Below, in pieces: positions 1-8,822 of a DNA stretch of 64,000 nucleotides. Each line of letters starts with the position of its first letter. The first letter of the stretch is position 1. The DNA is taken from contig CAVWFR010000026.1 in NCBI GenBank assembly GCA_963754305.1, positions 42,606 through 106,605 of the forward strand. Direction: 5' to 3'. The translations under genes were made by a program, and so were the position numbers. The notes beneath the pieces were generated by a model, which did no database searches, had not been told where the DNA came from, and worked only from the letters and a program-made list of their open reading frames with translations. This DNA is from an uncultured beta proteobacterium (lineage in GTDB: Bacteria; Pseudomonadota; Gammaproteobacteria; Burkholderiales; SG8-39).

Positions 1-488
1 AGCTTCGGAGGCAAGGCGCCCTTCGCCTCCATCGCCTCCAGGTCCTCGCGCAGGTGGAAGAGCTCTTCGCCCACGAGCCCGCCTGCGCGGTGCTTCTCCG
101 CCATCTCGTGGTAGTAGTCCTCGTGCTTGTCCGTGCCGTACGCGGCCCGGTATCCCACCGGCTTGGTGAAGGCCCACAGCCACGCGATCGGCCAGAGCAG
201 GCCGCCGAACACGAGCGAGAGCAGGCACAGCGTCTGGATCGCGTCCCGCTGCGGGTGGTGGCGCTTGTGCGCGATCTTCTCGGGCAGGACGTGGACGATC
301 CAGAAGAGGACGATGACGACGCACGGCACCACGAAGATCACGAACAGGGCGAGCCAGTCGGCCGCGGTGTCGAGCAGGTCGCCGGAGAGGAACGCTGCCC
401 GGGCCGGGGCGGCGGCGAGCAGGACGAGCCACCCGGCCAGCACCTGCAGCGCGCGGCGCGCCCGGAGCTTCGAAAGCCACTGTCTCAA
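1..488 (-). CDS. DUF3302 (YiaW-like) small inner-membrane protein; 3' end runs off the window
   Basis: Absent from the ORF track because it leaves the window. Manual minus-strand translation from TTG at 488 (GGGAGGG 5 nt upstream) is stop-free to position 1. It reads ...FVVPCVVIVLFWIVHVLPEKIAHKRHHPQRDAIQTLCLLSLVFGGLLWPIAWLWAFTKP..., matching the conserved core I recall from E. coli YiaW/DUF3302. The + strand ORFs 54..578 and 127..606 are low-complexity shadows of it. Confidence 0.7.
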   Translation of the reverse strand, partial: MRQWLSKLRARRALQVLAGWLVLLAAAPARAAFLSGDLLDTAADWLALFVIFVVPCVVIVLFWIVHVLPEKIAHKRHHPQRDAIQTLCLLSLVFGGLLWPIAWLWAFTKPVGYRAAYGTDKHEDYYHEMAEKHRAGGLVGEELFHLREDLEAMEAKGALPPK

Positions 489-749
489 CGATTCCCTCCC
501 ATCAGCCGGGAACTCGTGTACTCCGGGAGCGTGCATCCTGCGTCCTCCTCTAGGTCGGCCGGAATCCGACCAAAGTAGGATTTTCTGGCCGCCTCCCGCA
601 CGCTAGCGTATCTTCGAATCTTTCGCGCGGGCATTGCTATTGTATTGTCAGGCCTGCGCCCGCGGCCGCTTGATCTTCACCAGTGCGGCGTCCCGGGGCA
701 GCAGCGTTCGGCCCGTGCGGGGCCCGCCGACCATCAAGGGAGCTTGAAG

Positions 750-1550
750 ATGCAGATCGCCTCGCAACGCAGTGCCTCGCCGGCCCGTCCGCCGATCGCC
801 ACGCTGCTCTTCGCGCTCGCCGCCGCGGCCTTCGCGGTCGGCGGGCCCGCCTCCGCGCAGCAGCTCGGCACGATCCGGTTCGACAACTGGCTCTTCTACC
901 AGGAAAACATCAACGACAGCGAGCGCTGGCAGTACCGGCCGCGCTTCTTCATCCCGTTCGATCTGCCGCGCGGCTGGACCTTCACTCAGCGCATCGACCT
1001 GCCGGTCCTCTACACCGACAACGCCGGCCCGAAGAACCCTGACGGCGGGTGGAAGTCCGGCATCGGGGACTGGTTCATCGAGGAGGCGTTCACCTCGCCC
1101 GAGGTGAGCAAGAACCTCAAGCTGTTCGGCAGCGTGCGTTTTGTATTTCCGACCGGTGGGGCAGCACCGTTCGGAGGCAACCAGTACCAGTGGGCGCCCG
1201 CGATAGGCGCGATCTACGCGATCCCGGAGCACAGGATCACGCTCAGCCCGACCGCGCGCTACTTCATGAGCTATCACTCCGTCAGGAGCGGCGGGAGCCA
1301 GGTGCGCAGCCTCAACCTCTTCCCCACGGTGACGTTCGGTTTGCCGGACAACTGGTCGCTCGCTTTCTATCCCGAGAACCCGATCGTCTACAACGACGAG
1401 ACCAACAACTGGTTCGTGCCGATCGACGTGCTGCTGATCAAGCGGCTGTCGAAGACCGTCGAGTTCGGCTTCGGCGGCTCCTACGGCCTGGTCAAGGACG
1501 ATCCGCAGTACCAGTACATCATCAATGGCCGGCTGACGTTCTACTTCTGA
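750..1550 (+). CDS. secreted outer-membrane beta-barrel protein, substrate unknown
   Basis: In-frame ATG at 750 inside ORF 645..1550 (AAGGGAG upstream) gives signal peptide MQIASQRSASPARPPIATLLFALAAAAFAVGGPASA. The body is rich in Y/F/G/N and looks like alternating strands. The C-terminus ...GRLTFYF ends in Phe, like an OMP beta-signal. It may belong to the MetA-pathway/phenol-degradation barrel family, but that needs an HMM search. Confidence 0.6.
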   Translation: MQIASQRSASPARPPIATLLFALAAAAFAVGGPASAQQLGTIRFDNWLFYQENINDSERWQYRPRFFIPFDLPRGWTFTQRIDLPVLYTDNAGPKNPDGGWKSGIGDWFIEEAFTSPEVSKNLKLFGSVRFVFPTGGAAPFGGNQYQWAPAIGAIYAIPEHRITLSPTARYFMSYHSVRSGGSQVRSLNLFPTVTFGLPDNWSLAFYPENPIVYNDETNNWFVPIDVLLIKRLSKTVEFGFGGSYGLVKDDPQYQYIINGRLTFYF

Positions 1551-1551
1551 C

Positions 1552-2704
1552 TCATAGCCGACCTAGCCGAAACCGCAGGCCGACCCCGAGCAGCGCGTAG
1601 GCGATCGCGAAGCCCGCGATCATCGGCGCGTAGCCGAGGGCGCTCGCGCCTGCGCCCATGAGCGCCGCGCCGACCGCCTGGCCGCCCTGCCCAGGCCATC
1701 GAGAACAGCGACATGCCGGTCGCGCGCGACTGGGGCGCCATCTCGGTCGCCTTCGTCTGCAGCGTGTTGTGCATCGTGTAGAAGCCGAAGCCGAGCCCGA
1801 TCGTGCAGAGCGCGACGAGCGGCCACACCGGCGTAGCGAGGATGACGAGATAGCACGCGGCGCCGATCAGGCCGCCGGCGAGGACGCAGCCGCGCTGGCC
1901 GAGCCGCGCGAGCAGCCAGTGCACGGCAGTCGTGTACGCGAGGCCGCCGAGACCGAACCCGGCGAGGAGCCCGCCGATCACGGTGAACGGCAGGTCGAAC
2001 CGGTCCTTGAGCATCGCTCCGAGCAGCGAAAACGCGCCGTAGAAGAGCGTCATCTCGAGGAACACGCTGAGGAGCACCGCGCGCGCGCGCGGCAGCCTGA
2101 GGATCGCGAGGTGTCGCACCGGCGAGAAGAGCGGGCCCGGCGTTCGCGGCTCGGCTTTCCACTCCGCGCGGGTTCCGAAGCCGAGCACCGCCGCGACGAT
2201 CGCGAACACCGCACCCAGGGCGATGAACGCCGCCCGCCAGCCGAAGAGATCGGTGAGCGCGCCGCCGACGAACGGCCCGAGCGCCTGGCCGATGATCGTC
2301 CCCGAGACGAACCGGGCGAGCACCGGCTGCCGCGTCGCGGACGGCACGACGTCGGCGAGGTAGGCCATGCCGAGCGTCATCGTCGCCGACGAGAAGAATC
2401 CGGTCGCGAACCGCCATGCGATGAGCGAGTCGAGATCCGTCGCGAACGCGCACCCGAACGCCGCGACCGCCGACAGCGCCATCAGGAGCGTGACGACGCG
2501 AAGCTTCCCGAAGCGGTCGCCGAGCGGGCCGTGGAAGTACTGGGCGCCGGCGTGCGCGAACGCGAACGCGGAGATCACCGCCGCGGTCGCCGGCACGCTC
2601 GTCCCGAAGTCGCTCGCGAGCCGCGGCAGCATCGGCTCGACGATGCGGAGCGCGAGGCCGCTGTTCGCCGCGGCGACGGCGAGGAGGAGGATGGTCTGGT
2701 TCAC
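1552..2704 (-). pseudogene. MFS transporter with an apparent single-base frameshift near 1690-1700 (possibly a sequencing error)
   Basis: GVG-type start: GTG at 2704 opens VNQTILLLAVAAANSGLALRIVEPMLPRLASDFG... followed by many hydrophobic spans typical of MFS. In the start frame the tail turns into Arg-rich nonsense (..FSMAWAGRPGGRRGAHGRRRERP.., stop 1541). The adjacent frame reads a clean last helix, GQGGQAVGAALMGAGASALGYAPMIAGFAIAYALLGVGLRFRLGRL, and stops at 1552. The span 1552..2704 is 3n+1. Confidence 0.65.
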
Positions 2705-2900
2705 GCAGGGCGTGCGCGCGCGGAGCCCGCGAACCCTACGGTTCCGGACGCGCGGCGTCAACGCGCGCTCGCCGCCGCTGTCGCGGGTTGGCACCTGCCG
2801 CCTGCTTTGGGCATACTTCACCTCCCGCGCAGTCGCACCAAGAAGCGAAGACGACGGCTCCTCCCGCCCGGGGCGGGACGAGCGCCAGAGAGGGCTACCT

Positions 2901-4103
2901 ATGCTGAGCCGAGCGCTTGCCTCAGTACGACCCGTCGCATGGCTCGCCGCCGTCGTCGCGGCACTCGCCGCCGGCTGCGCGGAGGAGAGGCCGAAAGCCC
3001 AGCGGCCGGTGCCCGAGGTGACCGTCATCACGGTGCAGCCGCAGAACATCCCAGTCACTGCGAGCTTCGTCGCGCAGACCGAGAGCTCGCGCCAGGTCAA
3101 CATCGTCGCCCGGGTGTCGGGCTATCTCGACAAGATCGCCTACCAGGAAGGCGAGGTCGTGAAGGAAGGCCAGGTTCTCTTCCAGCTCGACCCCAAGCCG
3201 TTCCGGGCGCAGCTCGAGGCCGCGCGCGGGGAGCTGCAGTCGCAGCAGGCGCGGTTCACCACCGCCGACGCCAACCTCAAGCGGGTGAAGCCGCTGACGG
3301 CGCAGAATGCGCTCTCGCAATCGGACCTCGACCGCGCGCAGGGCGAGTTCGACTCGGCGAAGGCGGCGGTCTATTCCGCGCAGGCGAAGGTGACCGAGGC
3401 CGAGCTCAACCTCGGCTACACCACGATCCGCTCGCCGGTGAGCGGGCTCGCGAGCCGCTCGCTGCAGCGCCAGGGGGCGTTCGTCAACGCGCAGAGCGAC
3501 AGCGCGAACCTCACCTATGTCGCGGCGATCGATCCGATCTGGGTGAACTTCAGCGTGTCGCAGAACCTCGCCGCCAAATTGCGCGACGAGGTCGCCAAGA
3601 AGCAGCTCATCGAGCCGAAGAACCGCGACTACGAGATCGAGATCGCGCTCTCCGACGGCACGCTCTACCCCTACAAGGGGAAGATCAACTTCGCCGACCC
3701 GTCCTTCAGCCAGGATACCGGCTCGTTCCTGGTGCGCGCGGTGCTGCCGAACCCGAAGAGGGGGCTGCAGCCGGGGATGTTCGTGACCGCGTACGCGAAG
3801 GGCGCCCTGCGGCCGAACGCGATCGTCGTGCCGCAGCTCGCGGTCCAGCAGGGCTCGAACGGCCACCTGGTCTACGTCGTCAAGCAGGACGGGACCGCCG
3901 AGGTGCGGCCGGTCCTCGTCGGCGACTACTACGGCGAGAAGGAAATCGTCATCCAGAACGGCCTGCACGGGGGCGACCGCGTGGTCGTCGAGGGCGTTCT
4001 CCGGGTCGTCCCGGGCCAGCCGGTGAAGATCGTCGAGCCGGGCGCCGGCGGCGCGGCGAAAGCGGGCGCAGGCGCACCCACGGCCGACGCCGCAAAGAAG
4101 TAG
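2901..4103 (+). CDS. efflux RND transporter periplasmic adaptor (membrane-fusion) subunit, lipoprotein
   Basis: In-frame ATG at 2901 within ORF 2367..4103. N-terminus MLSRALASVRPVAWLAAVVAALAAGC carries a lipobox. AcrA/MexA-like sequence (..VSGYLDKIAYQEGEVVKEGQVLFQLDPKPF.., coiled-coil hairpin, ..YTTIRSPVSGL..). It ends 6 nt before the RND pump gene. Confidence 0.9.
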   Translation: MLSRALASVRPVAWLAAVVAALAAGCAEERPKAQRPVPEVTVITVQPQNIPVTASFVAQTESSRQVNIVARVSGYLDKIAYQEGEVVKEGQVLFQLDPKPFRAQLEAARGELQSQQARFTTADANLKRVKPLTAQNALSQSDLDRAQGEFDSAKAAVYSAQAKVTEAELNLGYTTIRSPVSGLASRSLQRQGAFVNAQSDSANLTYVAAIDPIWVNFSVSQNLAAKLRDEVAKKQLIEPKNRDYEIEIALSDGTLYPYKGKINFADPSFSQDTGSFLVRAVLPNPKRGLQPGMFVTAYAKGALRPNAIVVPQLAVQQGSNGHLVYVVKQDGTAEVRPVLVGDYYGEKEIVIQNGLHGGDRVVVEGVLRVVPGQPVKIVEPGAGGAAKAGAGAPTADAAKK

Positions 4104-4109
4104 GCGCGC

Positions 4110-7100
4110 GTGTTCACGCACTTCTTTATCGACCGGCCGGTCCTCTCGGCGGTCATCTCGATCCTGATCTTCCTCGGCGGCGCGGTGGCGATGTTCGTTT
4201 CGCCGATCTCCCAATACCCCGAGCTCGCGCCGCCGATGGTGACGGTCGAGGCGCGCTATCCGGGCGCGACCGCCGAGATCATCGCCAACACCGTCGCCTC
4301 GCCGATCGAGGCGCAGATCAACGGCATCGACAACCTGCTCTACTTCAACTCGGTCAGCTCGTCGAGCGGCAACATCTCGATCAGCGTGGTGTTCCGGCCG
4401 GGCAGCGACCCGGACATCAACCAGGTCAACGTCCAGAACCGCGTGAGCCAGGCGCTGCCGCTGATTCCCCAGGTGGTGTCTCAGCAGGGCGTGACGGTGG
4501 AGAAGAAGTCCTCCAGCATCATGATGATCCTGTCGGTCTTTTCCCCCGACGAGCGGTACTCCTCCACTTATATCGACAACTACACGAACCTGTACGTGCT
4601 CGAGGAACTGAAGCGCGTGCCCGGCGCCAACCGCGCCCAGGTGTTCGGCCTGCCCGACATCGCGATGCGGGTGTGGCTGCGCCCGGACCGCATGGCGCAG
4701 CTCGGGATCTCGGTGCAGGAGGTCGCTGACGCGATCCAGAGCCAGAACCAGACCTTCGGCATCGGCCAGATCGGCGCGGAGCCGAGCCCGCCGGGCGTGC
4801 AGCAGACGTTCGTGGTCACCGCGCAGGGCCTGCTGACCAAGCCGGAGGAGTTCGAGAACATCATCGTCCGCACGGCAAAGGAGGGCACGGCGATCGTGCG
4901 CGTGCGCGACATCGGCCGCGTCGAGCTCGCCAAGCGCGACTACTCGATCGCGAGCCGCATGAACGGGAAGACCGCGACCACGATTGGCATCTTCCAGCAG
5001 CCGGGAGCGAACGCGGTGCAGACCGCCGGTGCGGTCCGCGCGCGCATGGAGGAGCTGAAGAAGCAGTTCCCCACCGGCCTCGACTACAAGGTCACGCTCG
5101 ATACGAGTCTCTTCACGCTGAACTCGATCGACAAGGTGGTGCACACCTTCTTCGAGGCGGTCGTGCTGGTGATCCTGGTGGTGTACATCTTCCTGCAGAG
5201 CCTGCGCGCCACCATCATCCCGATCCTCGCCGTGCCGGTGTCGATCGTCGGCACGTTCATCGGCATGCATCTCCTCGGCTTCTCGATCAACATGCTGACG
5301 ATGTTCGGCATGATCCTCGCGATCGGGCTGGTGGTCGACGACGCGATCGTGGTGGTCGAGAACGTCGAGGTGAACATGACCAAGCACGGCCTCGGCGCGC
5401 TCGAGGCCGCGAAGCGGGCGATGACCGAGATCGCCGGTGCGCTGATCTCGATCGTGCTGGTGCTGGTCGCGGTGTTCCTGCCGGTCGCCTTTCTCGGCGG
5501 CGTCACCGGCACCCTCTACCAGCAGTTCGCGATCACGATCGCCATCTCCGTGGTGATCTCCGGCGTCATGGCACTCACGCTGTCGCCGGCCCTCGCCGCG
5601 ATCATCATCAAGGCCCACCACGGCGAGAAGAAGGGCTTCTTCCGCTGGTTCGAGAACGGCTTCAACCGCCTCACCAGCGGCTACGTCGGCGGCGTCGCGC
5701 GCCTGATCCAGGGCTGGCCGATCGCGCTTCTCGTGTTCGGCGCGATCATCGCCGGCATTCTGGTGATGTTCCGGATCCTTCCCGGCAGCTTCGTGCCGGA
5801 CGAGGACCAGGGGTACTTCTTCATCGTCGTCGAGGCGCCCGACACCGCGAGCCAGAGCTACGTCGGCGCCCTGACCGAGAAGATCGAGAAGATCCTCGCC
5901 ACCGAGCCGGCGGTGCAGGACGTGGCCGTGGTGAACGGGTACAGCCTCGTCGACGGCACGTTCCGGAACAACGCCGCGATCTTCTTTCCGTCGATGAAAC
6001 CGTTCGACGAGCGCACCGATCCGTCGCAGCTCACCTTCAGCGTGCTGCCGCGGCTCAACCGGCAGTTCGCGCAGCTCAAGGAGGGCTTCGTCTTCGCGCT
6101 CAACCCGCCGTCGATCCCGGGCCTCGGTACGACCGGCGGCTTCGAGTTCTACATCCAGAATCGCGGCGCGGGCGACACGCGGGCCACCAGTCAGGCGGTG
6201 CAGGCTTACCTCGCGGCCGCGCGACAGCGCCCCGAGCTCGCCGGTCTCACCACCACTTTCCGCGGCGCGACGCAGCAGCTCTTCGTCGACCTCGACCGCA
6301 GCAAGGCCGAGGTGCTCGGCGTCCCGGTCCAGGACGCCTTCCAGACGATGCAGACCTTCTTCGGCTCGTCGATCGCCGGCCAGTTCAGCCAGTTCAGCCG
6401 CGTGTGGTGGGTGGTGCTGCAGGCCGATGCGAGCTACCGCATCAACCCGGACGACTTCGACAAGGTGTTCGTCCGATCGAAGACGGGCAACATGGTGCCG
6501 CTGTCGGGCCTGATCACGGTGCGCTACGTGGCCGCGCCGAAGCTGATGGAACGCTTCAACGGCTTCCCCGCGGTGAAGGTCACCGGCAGCCCGGCGCCGG
6601 GCTACAGCTCGGGCCAGGCGCTCGCGGCGATGGAGGCGGTCGCCCGCGAGACGCTTCCCGGCGATTTCTCGTACGCGTGGGCCGGCCAGGCGCTGCAGGA
6701 GAAGCAGGCGGGCGGTACCTCTGCCATCGCCTTCGTCGGCGGCCTGATCGTGGTGTTCCTGCTGCTGGCCGCGCAGTTCGAGAAGTGGACGCTGCCGATC
6801 GCGGTGGTGCTGACGGTGCCGATCGCGATCCTCGGCGCGCTGCTGCTTACCTGGGTGCGCGGCCTCGAGAACGACGTGTATTTCCAGGTGGGACTGGTCA
6901 CGCTCGTCGGCCTGTCGGCGAAGAACGCGATCCTGATCTGCGAGTTCGCGATCGAGCGGGTGCGCCACGGCATGGCGGTGAAGGACGCCGCCATCGAGGC
7001 GGCCGGCCTGCGGCTGCGCGCGATCGTGATGACCTCGCTCGCGTTCGGCCTCGGCTGCGTTCCGCTCGCGATCGCGAGCGGCCCCGGGGCGAACAGCCTG

Positions 7101-7295
7101 CGTGCGATCGGCACCGGCGTGATCGGCGGGATTCTCGCCTCGACCGTGGTCGCGGTCTTCTTCGCGCCGCTCTTCTTCTGGATGCTCGAGAGCATGAGCG
7201 CGCGCTTCGGCGGCGAAGAAAGCGGCCGCCGCGGGCGCACCCGGCGGCGGAGCGCGCCTGCGGCCGCACCGCACGCGAAGCGGGAGGGCGACTGA
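4110..7295 (+). CDS. efflux RND transporter permease subunit (HAE1, AcrB/MexB-like)
   Basis: Intact 1061-aa ORF from GTG 4110. N-terminus MFTHFFIDRPVLSAVISILIFLGG is the classic AcrB-family start. It has the 12-TM plus two large periplasmic loop organisation (..VVDDAIVVVENVE.., ..LSAKNAILICEFA..). Confidence 0.95.
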   Translation: MFTHFFIDRPVLSAVISILIFLGGAVAMFVSPISQYPELAPPMVTVEARYPGATAEIIANTVASPIEAQINGIDNLLYFNSVSSSSGNISISVVFRPGSDPDINQVNVQNRVSQALPLIPQVVSQQGVTVEKKSSSIMMILSVFSPDERYSSTYIDNYTNLYVLEELKRVPGANRAQVFGLPDIAMRVWLRPDRMAQLGISVQEVADAIQSQNQTFGIGQIGAEPSPPGVQQTFVVTAQGLLTKPEEFENIIVRTAKEGTAIVRVRDIGRVELAKRDYSIASRMNGKTATTIGIFQQPGANAVQTAGAVRARMEELKKQFPTGLDYKVTLDTSLFTLNSIDKVVHTFFEAVVLVILVVYIFLQSLRATIIPILAVPVSIVGTFIGMHLLGFSINMLTMFGMILAIGLVVDDAIVVVENVEVNMTKHGLGALEAAKRAMTEIAGALISIVLVLVAVFLPVAFLGGVTGTLYQQFAITIAISVVISGVMALTLSPALAAIIIKAHHGEKKGFFRWFENGFNRLTSGYVGGVARLIQGWPIALLVFGAIIAGILVMFRILPGSFVPDEDQGYFFIVVEAPDTASQSYVGALTEKIEKILATEPAVQDVAVVNGYSLVDGTFRNNAAIFFPSMKPFDERTDPSQLTFSVLPRLNRQFAQLKEGFVFALNPPSIPGLGTTGGFEFYIQNRGAGDTRATSQAVQAYLAAARQRPELAGLTTTFRGATQQLFVDLDRSKAEVLGVPVQDAFQTMQTFFGSSIAGQFSQFSRVWWVVLQADASYRINPDDFDKVFVRSKTGNMVPLSGLITVRYVAAPKLMERFNGFPAVKVTGSPAPGYSSGQALAAMEAVARETLPGDFSYAWAGQALQEKQAGGTSAIAFVGGLIVVFLLLAAQFEKWTLPIAVVLTVPIAILGALLLTWVRGLENDVYFQVGLVTLVGLSAKNAILICEFAIERVRHGMAVKDAAIEAAGLRLRAIVMTSLAFGLGCVPLAIASGPGANSLRAIGTGVIGGILASTVVAVFFAPLFFWMLESMSARFGGEESGRRGRTRRRSAPAAAPHAKREGD

Positions 7296-7296
7296 C

Positions 7297-8768
7297 GTGC
7301 GCAGGCTCGCGCTCGCGGCCGTCGATCGCCGCGCTCGTCTCGGGTTGCACGGTCGGGCCCGACTACTCGCGCCCGACAGACGACGAGCCCGGACAACTGG
7401 CGCATCGACTATCCGGCGGCGGCCGACGTCGCGAACACGCGCTGGTGGGAGCAGTTCAACGACCCGGCGCTGAATCAGCTCATCGATACGGCGCTGCGGG
7501 AGAACCGCGATCTGCTGATTGCCGCGGCGCGGGTCGACCAGTTCGTCGGCCAGCTCGCGGTCGTGCGCTCGCAGTTCTATCCCCAGATCGGTTACAGCGC
7601 CGACGTGAGCCGCAATCGCGCGAGCCGCCTCGGCAATCCCCCGATCCCCGCCCCGGCCGATCCGTACTACACCCTGTACCAGGGCGCGCTGAGCGCGCAG
7701 TGGCAGATCGATCTCTTCGGGCGCGTGCGCCGCCAGAGCGAGGCCGCGCAGGCGCAGGTGTACGCGAGCGAGCAGGGCCGCCGCGGCGTCATCCTGACGA
7801 TCGTGACCAACGTCGCCACCAGCTACATCACGCTGCGCGGGCTCGACCAGCAACTCGAGATCGCGCAGGCGACGGCGAAGAACTACGCCGAGACCGCGCG
7901 CATCTTCGAGCTACGCTTCAAGGGCGGGGTGGTCTCGGAAGTGGAGCTCAACCAGGTCGAGTCGCAATACCAGCAGGCGCTCGCCGCCGTGCCCGCGCTC
8001 GAGCAGGCGATCGCCGCGCAGGAGAACCTGATCTCGATCCTGCTCGGGCGCAATCCCGGCCCGATCCCGCGCGGCCGGGCGATCGACGAGTTCGTCGCAC
8101 CCGCGATTCCTGCCGACCTCCCTTCGACCCTGCTCGAGCGCCGGCCCGACATCCTGCAGGCCGAGCAGACGCTGGTCGCGGCGAACGCGAACATCGGCGC
8201 CGCGAAAGCACTGTACTTTCCGACTCTCTCGCTCACCGGGCTGCTCGGCTCGGTGAGCACGGCTTTCGGCGACTTCCTGAACGGCCCGGCGACCGCGTGG
8301 ACCGTCGCCGCAGGGCTCACCGGCCCGATCTTCACGTTCGGCCTGATCGAGGGCCAGGTGCAGAGCGCCGAGGCCTTCGAGCGCGAGGCGCTCGCCAACT
8401 ACCAGCAGATCATCTTCAACGCGTTCCGCGAGACAAACGATGCGCTCGCCGGCACGGTGAAGAAGCGCGACGAGGTGGCGGCGCAGAACAAGCGGGTCGC
8501 GGCGCTGCGCGAGTACACCCGGCTGTCGCGGTTGCGCTTCGACAACGGCTACGCCGGCTACCTCGAGGTGCTCTATGCGTCGAACGAGCTCTTCGCCGCC
8601 GAGCTCGCCGCGGTCCAGTCACAGGCCGACAGCTACACGCAGCTCGTGAACGTCTACAAGGCGGTCGGCGGCGGCTGGGTCAACGAGGCCGCGAAACTCG
8701 CGCCGCCGCCGCTCCTGGGCGGGGCGCGGCCGGCAGACGGGACCTCTACCGCACAAAACCCGCGCTGA
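7297..8768 (+). pseudogene. efflux transporter outer-membrane factor lipoprotein (NodT/OprM family), two frameshifts in the first 100 nt (possibly sequencing errors)
   Basis: Three frames are needed. GTG 7297 gives MRRLALAA. From 7322 the next frame gives SIAALVSGCTVGPDYSRPTDDEP (lipobox plus the GPDY motif). From about 7393 the third frame gives DNWRIDYPAAADVANTRWWEQFNDPALNQLIDTALRENRDLLIAAARV... through ORF 7563..8768. The span is 3n+2. The start is 2 nt after the RND stop. Confidence 0.8.
8525..8708 (+). repeat. direct repeat A, left copy (3' end of the intact OMF gene)
   Basis: Aligns without gaps to 18042..18225 (offset 9517). 8538-8620 is identical to 18055-18137 (83 nt). The flanks are roughly 85-90 percent identical by eye. 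Confidence 0.85.
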
Positions 8769-8822
8769 GTTCGCGGTGTCGACAAGTGCGGAACCGCGCG
8801 GCCCGCTGCTCGGCTTGCGCCA

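Noticed and set aside
54-606. Plus-strand ORFs 54..578 and 127..606
   Set aside because: They run antisense to the well-supported DUF3302 gene, and their translations are low complexity.
1658-4729. 1023-aa plus-strand ORF
   Set aside because: It runs antisense to the MFS gene and out of frame through the adaptor and pump genes. The sequence is Arg/Gly/Glu-rich low complexity, and real genes explain the region.
2922-7853. 1643-aa ORF on the minus strand, the longest in the track
   Set aside because: It runs antisense to the adaptor/RND/OMF operon. Its translation is Arg/Asp/His/Glu-rich low-complexity sequence with no motifs. This is a typical stop-free shadow frame in GC-rich DNA.
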